Shown one piece after another: positions 51,931 to 64,000 of a stretch of 64,000 nucleotides of DNA. Positions within the stretch are counted from its first letter, which is position 1. The number at the start of each line of letters is the position of its first letter. The translations under genes were made by a program, and so were the position numbers. The stretch covers positions 4,464,001-4,528,000 of the forward strand of contig NC_081396.1 of NCBI RefSeq assembly GCF_030684315.1. Reading direction: 5' to 3'. The stretch is from Stegostoma tigrinum. Lineage: Eukaryota. The notes under the pieces are model-generated. The model was not told where the DNA came from. It worked only from the letters and a program-made list of their open reading frames with translations, and did not search any database.

Positions 51931-52489
51931 TTATGACGCTATGTTGGAAACTATGAGACTTGATTCTGCGTTTTCATGGTTGGGTCACGATCACTGAAAT
52001 ATAACAGCACTCGATATTGTTGGAAAACATGGTATCAAGTTCGAATCGCATCAACTACGACTCAAACATAGACTTCAGATGTAGAATGGAGGAAAGCAAT
52101 GAAAAGGAAAAGAAGACACTGATGGCAAATATTTATTCAGAGATAGATATATTTACAAAGAACATCAGAGAAAGCTCTGACGATAATCAAGAGGGAAAAA
52201 GACATTACATCAATCATCGCCAAATTAAATCTTCACATGAATAGACAAAGTCACAACAGCAACGTCATTCATGAAGAAGAATTCATCGGCTGTGTGTGCA
52301 ACAGATTCCTCGAACAATAGGATATGGATCCAGCCTAGAATCTTAATATGATTGATCTGATAATGTGCAATGACGCAGGCATAATAAATGATGGCAGACT
52401 CAAAGATTTGATTGTAACAATAAAATTTAACATTCAGTTTGAGAGACAGAATTTATGTGTTGGAAGCAAGATTATATAGGAGGAATTTC

Positions 52490-55400
52490 AAAGAAATGAG
52501 GGCTGTGTTGCTGGAATGGACTTGGAAACGACCTTAGCAGCAACGATATATGAAGAGGAAGGGCAGAGGTTTCAGAAAATTATTTCATAGTTCACAGCAA
52601 AGATATAACCCAGTGAGAAGGAAGGATTATAGAAAGGAGACAAGTTATTGTGGATGAGGAGGGAAGTTAAAGGCAGCAAAAAAATAAATTTAAAAAAACA
52701 TGAAAAGTGATGAGTATTGTTGGTAAGAAGAGTATTCGGGAATATTAGAGAACTATCAAAACGTAAACAGAAATTAATGATGCAGGAGAAGGTAAACATT
52801 TTAAGCAAAGTTATAGTTAACGTTAAAAGGAACGGAAGATGCTTCCTTAAATGTGTAGAATGAAAAGAAAGGCCAATTTGAACAAAGGGCCCACTTCAGT
52901 GAAGTTGGAAAAGAACGTTTGGGAACCAAAATGAGGTTGATCAGCTCAATAAGTAGTGTGCATATGCATTCACCGCAACATTCCAAAAATACTAAACACA
53001 GAATTGCGAAAAAAAACGATGAACCAATATAACAAATTTCACGGGGACAAAGGGCAGAGGAGTTAATAGGCCTAAATATGGTTAACTGTACGACAACTGA
53101 TGAGATCCAATTGAGGATAGAAAAATAAATAACAACAGAAGAGTTAAATGTACTGGTTTTAACTTTCCAATGAACATTAAATTTCAGGAAAGACCCAGAA
53201 GATTGCATAAAACCTTTATTTAAATAAAATGGACAGCAAAATCAGAGGTGACTGAGGTCATTTTGTTTAACATCACTTACTGAACAAATGGTGTCGTCCA
53301 CCATGAAGAATATTACAACAGAACGTTTAAAAAGTACATGGCATAATCAAAAAGACTGAAAATACTTTTATGAAAGCAAAGTCTTGCCTGATAAATCACG
53401 TGGAATCATTTGATAGCATAAAAGTACAAAATAAGGAGGGATCACGACTCGTAACATGCTGAGGTTTTCCGAAGGCATTGTACAAGGCGCCACATGAAAG
53501 AAAGCTTCATTAGATAAGAGGCCGTGGCTTTGCAGGTAGTGCATTAGCGAGGACAGGGGATTGGTGAAATCAAAGTAGAAAGACTTTTGGATGAAGAGAT
53601 TTGTTTGACAGGATGTCAACCTCTAAGTAATGTAACATCACATGAATCAGTATAGAGTGCACAAATATTTGAAATAAACAACAATGAATCGGACGTGAAA
53701 GCTCAATGTACTGTCGGAAACAAACAAAACAAAAAAACAGCAGAAACGTTCAATATTGTGTATGACACAAAAGGTTTGCTGAGGGATACAGACAGGACAA
53801 GAAAGTCAGCAAAATGAACTTGGCATATTAATGCAAAGTTAATGAAATAATTGAGAATAGATGGAATAAGCGAGGTTATGCAGCTGACAGCAAATATTGA
53901 GTAGCTGCATCTGATATAAATTTTAAAAAAGACAGAAATCAACATGAGAGATTTGGGAGTCCTATTCCTGGAATCTCAAAAAATCTCACTTTTAATTTCG
54001 CAATTAATAAGGAGAGCAAACTTGGTGTTGTGTTTTCTTTCATATCTAATGTAACATTGACAGTAGGACCAAAAGGATTGAACACATGGTCGTCTCGGAT
54101 GATGTTTTTCACGGGACAAGATTCATCTTTCAGGACCATTGGGATCTCTTCAGTGGTAAACATGACTTGAGCCAGATGGAAGAGTTCAGCGCGAATTGGA
54201 AGAGCACCAATATCTTTCAAGGGGAATGTGCTAACGTGACCTCGGAGGCTCTATATTGTTCAGAGGCATAGCATTGCATTGTGGAACCTTAGCAAGATTC
54301 AAAAAAAGAGAAAGGCTGTGAACAATACAATAGGTAATGTGAGCAAGTTTAACAGACATTGCTGGCAAGGGTTTGACAGAGCCGAGATAATACCAATAAA
54401 TTAAACTGTATTTATTGGAAAGCAAAAGGCCTGACACGTCATGCAGATGAGCTTCGGGCATGGTTGCGAGCATGGGATAGGTATATCAATGTTATTAGAA
54501 ATATTTGCCTCAGAGACGGACAGGACTGGCAGCTTCATATTCCAAGGATATGGCTTTAGCAGGGACAGAAATGAAAGCAAGAAAGGAGGTGGAGTGGAGC
54601 TTTTGGTTTTGGAGAACAATACAGCTGTTCAAAGTGAAGATATTGCTGGGAGACATTCCGGTGAAGTCATGTGTGTCGAATTTCAAAACGCGAAAAGGAT
54701 GATCACCTTATTGGGTTTTTATTATATTCGTCCAGCAATTTGCGGGAAAATAAACAAAATATGTCAGTGAATTTCAGATATCTGGAACAAAAGTTTGATC
54801 ATGGTACAGGGTTTTAACTTTCCAAACTGAGAATGGGACTGTCACACAGTTGAGAGTTTGGATGTGGAGAAGTTTGAAAATTGACACAAGAAAACTTTCG
54901 TATTCAATATTTGTTTGTAACTACAAAAGAAGGAATTTTGTTTGATGTTCTGTTTGGAAATAAGGAAAGGCAAGTGACTGAGGTCTTTGTGGAGGTGTAC
55001 TGTGGGACAAATGGACATAATTCTAATAGTTTAAAATAGTTAGCATAAATGATAGAACTGTTCAAAACTTAATGTTCTGAGCTGGAGGGAGGTCAATTTT
55101 GATGGCATGGGACAGCGGCTTTGAAAAAATTGATTGAGAGAAGATTTGCACACTTAAAGTAACGACTGTGAGTGGGAGGCCTTTAGGAATGCGACAAGTA
55201 GTGTTAGATTCGGTAAGTTCTTAATTGTGTAAAGGCCAAGTCTGTTATGGGTAACAGTGCAGAGAGCACTTCATGACTGGAGAAACATAGGCTCTGGTCA
55301 ACTAAAAGAGTGGGATTTGAGATATGAGCAATTGGGATCAGGTGAATCTCCAGAAGAGCATTATGAAAGTCGGAGTATACTTGAGTGGCCTCTTGGGAGT

Positions 55401-58400
55401 GCAAAGGGCAACATGAGATAGTTTGGCAAATGGGGCTAATGAGAATCTAAAGAGACGATGTGTTGACATTAAGGGCAAAACAGTGACCAGTAAGAATGTA
55501 GGGACACTTGAAGGTCAACGTACCGTCTGTGTGTTGAACTATAGGAGATGGGTGAGATTCGAAATTAATATTCTGTATCGGGGATTACTGTGGAGCGGGC
55601 CGTGGAAATGAGGGAACTTGAGGAAATTGATGGCGATGTCCTGTAAAGAGTACCTATTACAGAAGAGGATGTGCTGCTGTTCTGAAAACATGGAAAAATA
55701 CCAATAACTATCCAGGAAATGATAAGATGTTCCCCAGTACTTTTTGCGAAGATGGGAAGAGATTTCTGTGCCTCCACGGAGATATTTGTGCCAAAATAGC
55801 CACAGTAAGGGGCAGGAAGCCTGGAGGTTGGCTCACCCGGACCTATAATTTTAAAAGGAAACGCTCTTTGAAAAAAGCCTGGGAACTATCGGCTGGTGAG
55901 CCTCATGAGAGTGATGGATGAATGTTTAGATTCTGAGGGAAAGGATTCACATGCATCCTGAAAAGCAGGAACTGCTTCGAGACAGTCAGCATGACATTTG
56001 TGTGGAAAATGTTACCTCACAATATTGAATCAGTTTATTGAGGAAATTACAAAAAACATGAATGGGGCAGATGAGTAGATGTTGTTTACTTAGACTTTCA
56101 TCAAGGCTTTGACACTTTTCCGGTTGTTCGATGAATTTATAAAGTTATGGATTCAGGATCAGCTTGCCAAAGAGATTCAAAATTGGCTTATTAACAAGAG
56201 AAAAAGTTGGTACGGATGGGTTGTCTTTTGGACGTCTGTTATCAGTGATGCCTCACGTGGATCGCTGCTGGATCTGCTTTTATTGGTCATTTATTTCAAA
56301 GACTTTGATGAGAATACAGAAGGCAGTATTAGTATGTTTAGGGAAGACACCAAAATTAGTGTTATAGTCAACAGTGAAGAAATTTATTCAAGATTATAAA
56401 AAACCTTGATTGATTTGGTCAGTGGACTGCGGACGAGCAGAAAGACTGGAAATAGATAATTGTGAGGTACTGTGTTTTTGGTGGAACAACGAAAGGTAGG
56501 TCTTTTAAAGTGAAACTTGGCCTTTGTTTCGTATTTTACAACAGAGAGAACTTTTCGGATAAGTTTGTTTCACAGGTTGAAAGAATGGTTAAGAAATCGT
56601 TTAGCATGCATGACTTCACTTCTCAGCCTGCTGAGTATTGGAGTTGCAAAACCATATTGAGTTTTTATGGAAGTTTGGTCAGGCCTATTCTGCAGGATTG
56701 TATCCAGTTCTGGATTATTATTTAATATATCACTGTTTATTTCCGCAAGTTCTCAGCCTTACATGGTATTCTCCAAGTCGATAATGACGGGAAATGTTTG
56801 TTTATTGTCTGACCCATCAGATGTGGTTCCACACAGAGGTGGCCTTGCTGATCTTTAAGGGGTCCGATTATCTCCCCAGTTAATCCGCTGTCCTGAAAGT
56901 ATTTGAAGAATCACTCTGTAATCTCCTTAACGATGTTTGCCAAAATTATATTTTGTCCTGGTTCTGAAGAGGTGAATGTAGGGAGGGGTTGAACAGATTT
57001 AATCTTTTATCACTCGAGGGTAAAGTTTGAGAGGTGATCGCTTTGAACTTTTCAATGTCATTACGTGTTGAGATAGGGTGTGTATAAGATGCATGGGTGT
57101 GTTTCAAGACTAAGTTGCAGATATTTAAAGTTAGAGGACGACGATTGAGAAATGACACAAAGGCATTTTTTTTTACACAGAGAGTCATTCCTTTGTGGAA
57201 TGAACTTCCACAGGAAGTGATGGATATAAGTACAGTTACAACATTTAGAAGCATTTGGATGAGAACGCGAGTGGAAAATGATTTGCGGGATATTGGTAAA
57301 GTATGTGTTTGTAATTAGATTGTGATTATGGTCATCATGGACTGATTGGCCAGTCAATTCTTGTTCTGTGCTGTCAGGTGAAGAAGACATTTGGCACAGT
57401 TATCTTCATTGGCGACAACATTGAGTTTAGAAGTTGTGATGTCATGTTGCGGCTCTGCAGGACGTTCATGAGGCCACTTTTGGAATACTGCACACAATGT
57501 TGGTCGTCTTGATGTCAGAAGAACTTTTTTCAACTTGTGAGAGTGAGATGAAGATTCGCAAGGATGGTGCAGCAAATGGAGTGTTATAGCCTTCGGCAGG
57601 GGCAGCTTAGGTTTTTTCCTACAGCATCGGAGGCTGTTAGGTGAACTTGTTGAGATTTATAAAATCGTGAGGGGCTTTGATCGTTTGAATATCCAAAATT
57701 TTATTTTGGCGAGTGTATGTACAAAATTAGAGATCATGGGATGAAGATGAAAGAGGAAATATTTACAAACGAACTGATGGGTCCGTTTTTTTTCAGGCAA
57801 AGGGTGCCTTGTGTGTGGAAGGGGCTCCCAGAGGAAGTGGTGTAGGCGTATGGAATTACAACAGTTAAAACGAACCTGAATGGACATATGGCCAGGAAGT
57901 GTTCAGAGCAATGTGGGCCAAATGTTTCCAAGTGAAACTCAGTTACATTGGCATCTCGAGTTTGTGCAGAGTAGTCAGACTGAAAGGATTTCTTAGTACA
58001 GTATGATCGTATGAAGCTGCACACTTTGTTAAAACTGCATAAGCACTCGTCAGACAATAGCTGACAAGCTGTGAACTGTTTTGTGCCTCTTTTTGAAGAG
58101 AAGACACAATAGAGTGCGAGATAATCTGCATTAGATTCAGTCGACTGATCCCAATGATGCGGGGACTGTTTTGTGAATGAAGTTTGAATATTTCAGTGCC
58201 TGTTCCAAATGGAATGTAAAATATTCAACGGTGACACATTGGAAGAGATGTTATGTTTTGGAAAATTTGTGGTTTCAGAAATGTCATTTCCGTTTGTGAA
58301 AAAGTTTAGGAGCAAACGGTATGATCTCTGAATTGGAAACCACAAATTTAAGGCAGAAGATAATTCGTTCTCCCAAAATGAAATGAATCTGTGGAATTCG

Positions 58401-58600
58401 TTTTTTACAGAAGACAGCGTAGGTTAAATTCTTATGTATTTTCAAAGGCGAAAAGGACTGATTTTGAATCGGTCATGGAATCAACACATGTGAAGGCAAA
58501 TCTGAAAAGTGGAGTTCAGGATTAAATGTTCAAACACGATGTCATTGAATGGAAGAGCAAACTCCATCGTCAGAATACCTACGTCTTTTCTTCTGACGTT
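52490..58600 (+). mobile_element. Stack of old CR1 LINE relics (~52490-54330, ~54430-57372 with endonuclease remnant, ~57375-58015, ~58030-58600)
   Basis: FQGYGFSRDR..KKGGGV (APE), LVRPILQDCIQFW, FFTQRVIPLWNELP and repeated CR1 3' ends. Confidence 0.8.
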
Positions 58601-59249
58601 ACAAATGACATTGGCTCTACGTTGCTCACTTTAGAATGATTACATCCCTCTTTCATAATTACCCCGAGTTTCACGTTTTACAAAACAACCCAGTCCCTTC
58701 ACAATCCCTTCCTTGTGAAAAAGACGACCATAACACAACCTATTGATCTCCTCTCTCCATCTATGGTGTGACTGCATCCTTTCTGTCGTGCAATAATTGT
58801 ACCGATATACATTTACTGTTGTTGAATATTTTTCAAACAGATCAAAATAAACAGGGAAGGTGAAAGACAGGTCAAAATCTCATAAACTACCACATCACAC
58901 ACACCATTGACCTACAAGCCAGGAATATGCACAAATTACACATATCACTTGTTATGTAGCTCTACACATACACCAGACAGAAATCTAAAATTCAAGAGTT
59001 TAATGTGGGAATTTGTCCTTGTTGATTCAGATATCAAACATTGCAAAATCACGAAGACAATGGTCGTAGTTGAAGACTTATTTACACTGTCCTATCAGAT
59101 CCTGTCAGTGATTGCACAGATCACAGGATGTTCAAAATAAATATTCCTCCGCATTGTTCAAACTAACATGATCATGTCGAATACACTGTGATTTATACGC
59201 AGAGTAGAACTGCGTCCACCATTCCCTTAAAAACAATATCTCCGGAGAT

Positions 59250-59860
59250 ATTTGAGGTTAGCTGTCTCCCCAAACTGATTTGTTGTTGCGCAGATATTTC
59301 GTTATCATGCTTGGTCACATTCTCTTTGCAGCCTCTGTTAAAGCGTCGGTGTGTTTTGCAAGCTGGCTTTTAAATTTTGGGGTCCGTTGTGTTGGATTGT
59401 CACACTTGATGAAATCCTCCAAAGTGGAATGTATATGGGGTCGTGTTCAATGTTTTTATTAATCGCCTGCTTCATGGATCGCCCTCATCACAATCCATAT
59501 GGACAAGGAGAATCACGTTGACAACTCGGGCAACACCAAGATCGTTGGAAAGGCTTGGCAGAGAAAAGCACGAGAATTCCTGGAATCATGGCACGATATG
59601 AAACAGGTTATGAATAAACACATTGAATTCGACCCCATATATACATTCAACTGCGGACGAAATCCGGAAGTGAGGCAATGCATTGCATGGGACCCCAGAT
59701 TTTCAAAACCAGGTGGGAAAACACAACGACACTTCATCAGAAGCTGTACATTGGATGAAACCATGTATGGTAACGAAGCGACTGCGAAACAACAAACCAG
59801 CTCAGCGAGCCAACCAACCTCAACACCCACAACCCAAGACAAAAATCTGCTCCAAAACTT
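59250..59860. mobile_element. Old Penelope-like fragment with inverted ends
   Basis: ORF 59499-59921 NTKIVGKAWQRKAREFLESWH..NKHIEFDPIY is homologous to 26230-26697; left arm ~59250-59475 is a diverged reverse complement. Confidence 0.75.
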
Positions 59861-60159
59861 TACAGTCTCCTCGGATATGGACAAAACATTCTCGATAGAG
59901 GAAATCACCCCTTCAATTTAATTTTCAACATTCCATCAGATATGCAAGAAAGATTAATTGGTGAGGTACAATGAAAGGCCATTTCAATGCTATCACAGTA
60001 AAGCCGCACACCCTCTGTACCTGATCGACTAGATCCAGTTCAAGGACTCCTCCGGTGGTTCTGCTCAATTACTCCCAGATTGCTGGATACTCAAAGAGAA
60101 AACTTTGATCGAGTGACTCAAATATCTCAATAAAGAAAGACGTCAGTTTGACTGAGAGG

Positions 60160-62068
60160 ACATAGAACATAGAACATAGAACAGTACAGCACAGAACAGG
60201 CCCTTCAGCCCACGATGTTGTGCCGACATTGATCCTCATGTATGCAGCCTCAAATTTCTGTGATCATATGCATGTCCAGCAGCCTCTTAAATGTCCCCAA
60301 TGACCTTGCATCCACAACTGCTGCTGGCAACGCATTTCATGCTCTCACAATTCTCTGTGTAAAGAACCCGCCTCTGACATCCCCTCTATACTTTTCTCCA
60401 ACCAGCTTAAAACTATGACCCCTCGTGCTAGCCATTTCTGCCCTGGGAAATAGTCTCTGGCTATCAACTCTATCTATGCCTCTCATTATCTTGTATACCT
60501 CAATTCGGTCCCCTCTCCTCCTCGTTTTCTCCAATGAAAAAAGTCCGAGCTCAGTCAACCTCTCTACATAAGACAACCCCTCCAGTCCAGGCAGCATCCT
60601 GGTTAACATCTTCTGAACCCTATCCAAAGCATCCACATCTTTCCTACAATAGGGCAACCAGAACTGGACACAGTATTCCAAGTGCGGTCTGACCAAAGTT
60701 TAATAGAGCTGCAACAACATCTCATGACTCTTAAACTCAATCCCACTGTTAATGAAAGCCAAAACTCCATATGAGTTCTTAACAACCCTGTCCACTTGGG
60801 TGGCCATTTTAAGGGATTTATGTATCTGCACACCAAGATCCCTCTGTTCCTCCACTTCGACAAGAACACTATCCTTATTCCTCTACTCAGCTTTCAAATT
60901 CGAACTTCCAAAATGCATCACCTCGCACTAATCCAAGTTGAACTCCATCTGCCACCTCTCAGCCCATCTCTGCATCCTGTCAATGTCCCGCTGCAGCCTA
61001 CAACAGCCCTCTACACTGTCAACGACACCTCCGACCTTTGTGTCGTCTGCAAACTTGCTGACGCATCCTTCAATCCTCTCATCCAAGTCATTTATAAAAA
61101 TTACAAACAGTAGAGGCCCAAGGACAGAGCCCTGTGCAACACCACTCACCACTGACTTCCAGGCAGAATATTTTCCTTCTACTACCACTCGCTGTCTTCT
61201 GCTGGCCAGCAAATTCTGTATCCAGACAGCTAAGTTCCCCTGTATCCCATTCCTTCTGACCTTCTGAATGAGCCTACCGTGGGGAACCTTTTCAAATGCC
61301 TTGCTGAAGTCCATATACACCACATTCACAGCTCGACCCTCATCAACGTTTCTAGTCACATCCTCAAAGAACTCGATAAGGTTTGTGAGGCATGACCTGC
61401 CCCTCACAAAGCCGTGTTGACTGCATTTAATCAAGCCATGCTCTTCCAGATGGTCATAAATCCTATCCCTCAGAATCCTTTCTCACACCTTGCAGACGAC
61501 AGGCGGGAGACTTATGGGTCTGCAATTGACAGGGATTTCCGTATTTCCTTTGTTGAAGAGAGGAATTACATTTGCCTCTCTCCAGTCATCAAGTACAACT
61601 CCAGTGGACAGCGAGGATGCATAGATCTTCGCAAGTGGGGAAGGAATTGCATTTCTAGTTTCCTCAAGCAGCCGAGGACAAATCTGGTCCACGCCCGGCA
61701 AGGTGACAACCTTAATGTTTGACAAAATTTTCGCACATCATCTTCCTCTATCTCTATCCATTCCAGCATGCACACCTGCTCTTCAAATGTTGCATTCACT
61801 ACAAAGTTCGTTTCTTTCGTAAAGACAGAAGCAAAAAACTCATTTAGGGCTTCCCCAACGTCCTCAGACTCCACACACAGGTTCCCTATGCTATCCCTGA
61901 TCGGGCCTACTCTTTCTTTGACCATTCTTTTATTCCTCACATAAGTGTAAAATGCCTATGTGTTCTCCCTAATCCGTTCTGACAAGCCTTTCTCGTGCCC
62001 CCTCCTGGCTCTCCTCAGACCATTTTTGAGCTCCTTCCTCGCCTGCCTGTAATCCGCTAGAGCTGAGC
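60160..62068 (-). mobile_element. CR1 (HER1-like) LINE, same subfamily as 47827-49602
   Basis: Very similar ORF2 pieces and identical (gttctat)n tail; more frameshifts and stops. Confidence 0.97.
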
Positions 62069-63119
62069 TGAGCTGATACGTTAGTCGTTTGTTGAATTCA
62101 TGCTATGGAGGAAGTCAAACTCTGATGGTAGACAGACGAAACATGTCATCACATGATATTTTTCAAAAATATCAGCGTGAAAACCAGAGGGGAAGAAAGA
62201 AATAGAGTAAAAAAACAGACAGAGACAGAACCATTGGCTTTGCCAACATATCTTGCAAGTCAAAGTGCATATATTTGCTAACATGAAAATAGTTATCGCT
62301 CTGATTGTGCACTCAGAAAAAAAAGGTTTTAATACGCATTCACAAGAATTAGTGCTCGAAACGTGTGCTGTTTGTGGGAAAAGATACACTGTTTTTTTCC
62401 CTTAAGTCATCTATTCTGAGAGTTCAATTTCTGTTTATTTACATAAACGCTTCATTGGTTTCAAAGACGAATTGATGTGAAACACAGATGGTCGAGGCTA
62501 GTATTTATTAGTTTTAAATCAAAACAACTTTATTTTAAGAATGTTCGCAGTTATCAGAGATAAACACAAATTTTCGACATTAATTGAAACAGACGTTATT
62601 TACTTCCAAAAGATAATTTTAAAAGCCCAATTTAGGTTAAGAATTCAGTAATGAAAATCTTCAACCACTGCCAGTGAAACGTTTCTGTATAACTGGATTT
62701 ACTTCAACATCCTGTTCATTGTCCTTTAATACGTTTTGACCACGACGTATCCAAGAACTCATCATCGCGCAAAGTTTCTTTCAGAATTTTTATTTGAGAA
62801 AAGTTGAAATGACATTATGAGCTGGCACAGTAAATTAAATTAACTGTTATTGTTTACTGAGTTTTAGTCATGCTTATGTTTTATATTATTATTTTATAGA
62901 ATGTTGATGTTGGTGCCTCGGCAACGTTTGGTCATTATCACAAGCCACCCATTCAGCAGGTTGGCACTGCGGCTCCAGAAGGCCGTCAATTAAATTGCTC
63001 TGTGCCTGGAGACAATGAAGGCCAGATCAAGTACAGCCTGCAGATTTCATTTCCAGTGGACATGAGCAAGACATCTGTTTTTGAATTTTCGATTGACTTG
63101 GAATTACACCTCTGACAAA

Positions 63120-63310
63120 TAAAACCAGAAGAACTGAAAATGCTGTAAATCAGGAAGACAAGTAAAGTTGCTAGAAAAGCCCACAGGTCAGGCAGCATCT
63201 GTGAAGGGGGAAAGAAAGAAAAAAAAACAGTGCTCACGTTTCGGGTCCGGTGGCCCTTCTTCAGTTCTGAAGCATTCTGAAGAGGTGAAGTCTTTTCCAG
63301 CAATTTTGCT
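63120..63310 (-). mobile_element. Short Penelope-derived repeat with hammerhead-like core (related fragments ~22015-22142, ~44750-44865)
   Basis: Minus strand ctgaaga-agggccaccggaccc-gaaacgtg at 63264-63235; triplet GUG is non-canonical. Confidence 0.6.
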
Positions 63311-63627
63311 CATTCGAAATCCAACACCTGTCCCCTAACCATTAAACTGGAGTATTGAAGCAGTGGCTCAGTGGTATTTCCACTGACAAACTGAAGCTGC
63401 CAATGTAGCCAGCACGTACAGACAGCTGTCACAAGTAGAAGTGCATTAAAAGTGACACTCTAAGTCAGGAATAAATTTTGGAATCGATGACTGATGAAAA
63501 TTCTCTTGCTGTTTGCAGAAATATCACAGGAGACTTTTCATACAATTACCAGTCTGAATTCGATATCTGATTCTCTCTCTGCAGAAACTCACTCATCTAG
63601 TCATGTTTCCAGTTTTTATCATATAAT

Positions 63628-63890
63628 AACAGAATCCCCAGAGTCTGGAAACAGGCCGTTCTGTCCAGCAAGCCCATCCCGAACCATAGGGCATCCCTCC
63701 CAGACCAATCAGCGATAACCCACCCTTTCTCCTCATGCCAGAACACTACGGGCAAATTATCATGACCAATTCACGAAGCCTGCTTATCTTTGGACTGTGG
63801 GAGGAATGCACATCACCCTGGGAAGACCCACGCAGTCGCGGTGAGGGTGGAATCAAACTGAGCAAGCACTGCTCATCACTGAGTCACCAT
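63628..63890 (-). mobile_element. HE1-like V-SINE, internally deleted
   Basis: ctttggactgtgggagg...acccacgcag core; 'gaaacaggcc' tail. Confidence 0.7.
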
Positions 63891-64000
63891 CAATTCTGGT
63901 TTTGTCTTACATTTCATTTCTCCACTACACTTCTCACTTTTAGAATACTTGGTTAAAATTTGAAAAAAAAATACATTCGCTCCATATCCAAAAATGTGGT

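Overview
Cartilaginous-fish (shark, probably orectolobiform; inferred from IgM and repeat families) genomic DNA with two N-gaps. 1.4-10.6 kb (+) holds the constant part of an IgM heavy-chain cluster (Cmu1-Cmu4, secretory tail, TM1, TM2). It is a pseudogene: Cmu2 is half-deleted, Cmu3 has a stop and Cys->Arg, and Cmu4 has a stop and a frameshift, but Cmu1 and both TM exons are open. From ~23 to 33 kb the minus strand carries a dense array of about ten decayed T-cell receptor alpha/delta-type V segments, largely missed by the ORF track; the best preserved keeps a 23-bp RSS and is split at its D-Y-Y-C motif by a Penelope-like element. Further on are a GPR139-like GPCR pseudogene, two C2H2 zinc-finger relics and a decayed two-V-domain (NKp30-like) IgSF gene. 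The rest is mostly CR1 LINEs, V-SINE/HE1-like SINEs and Penelope-like elements whose pseudo-LTRs carry minimal hammerhead ribozyme motifs, including an apparently perfect 416-bp inverted pair inside the Cmu3-Cmu4 intron. Family assignments are by eye from remembered motifs; no searches were run.
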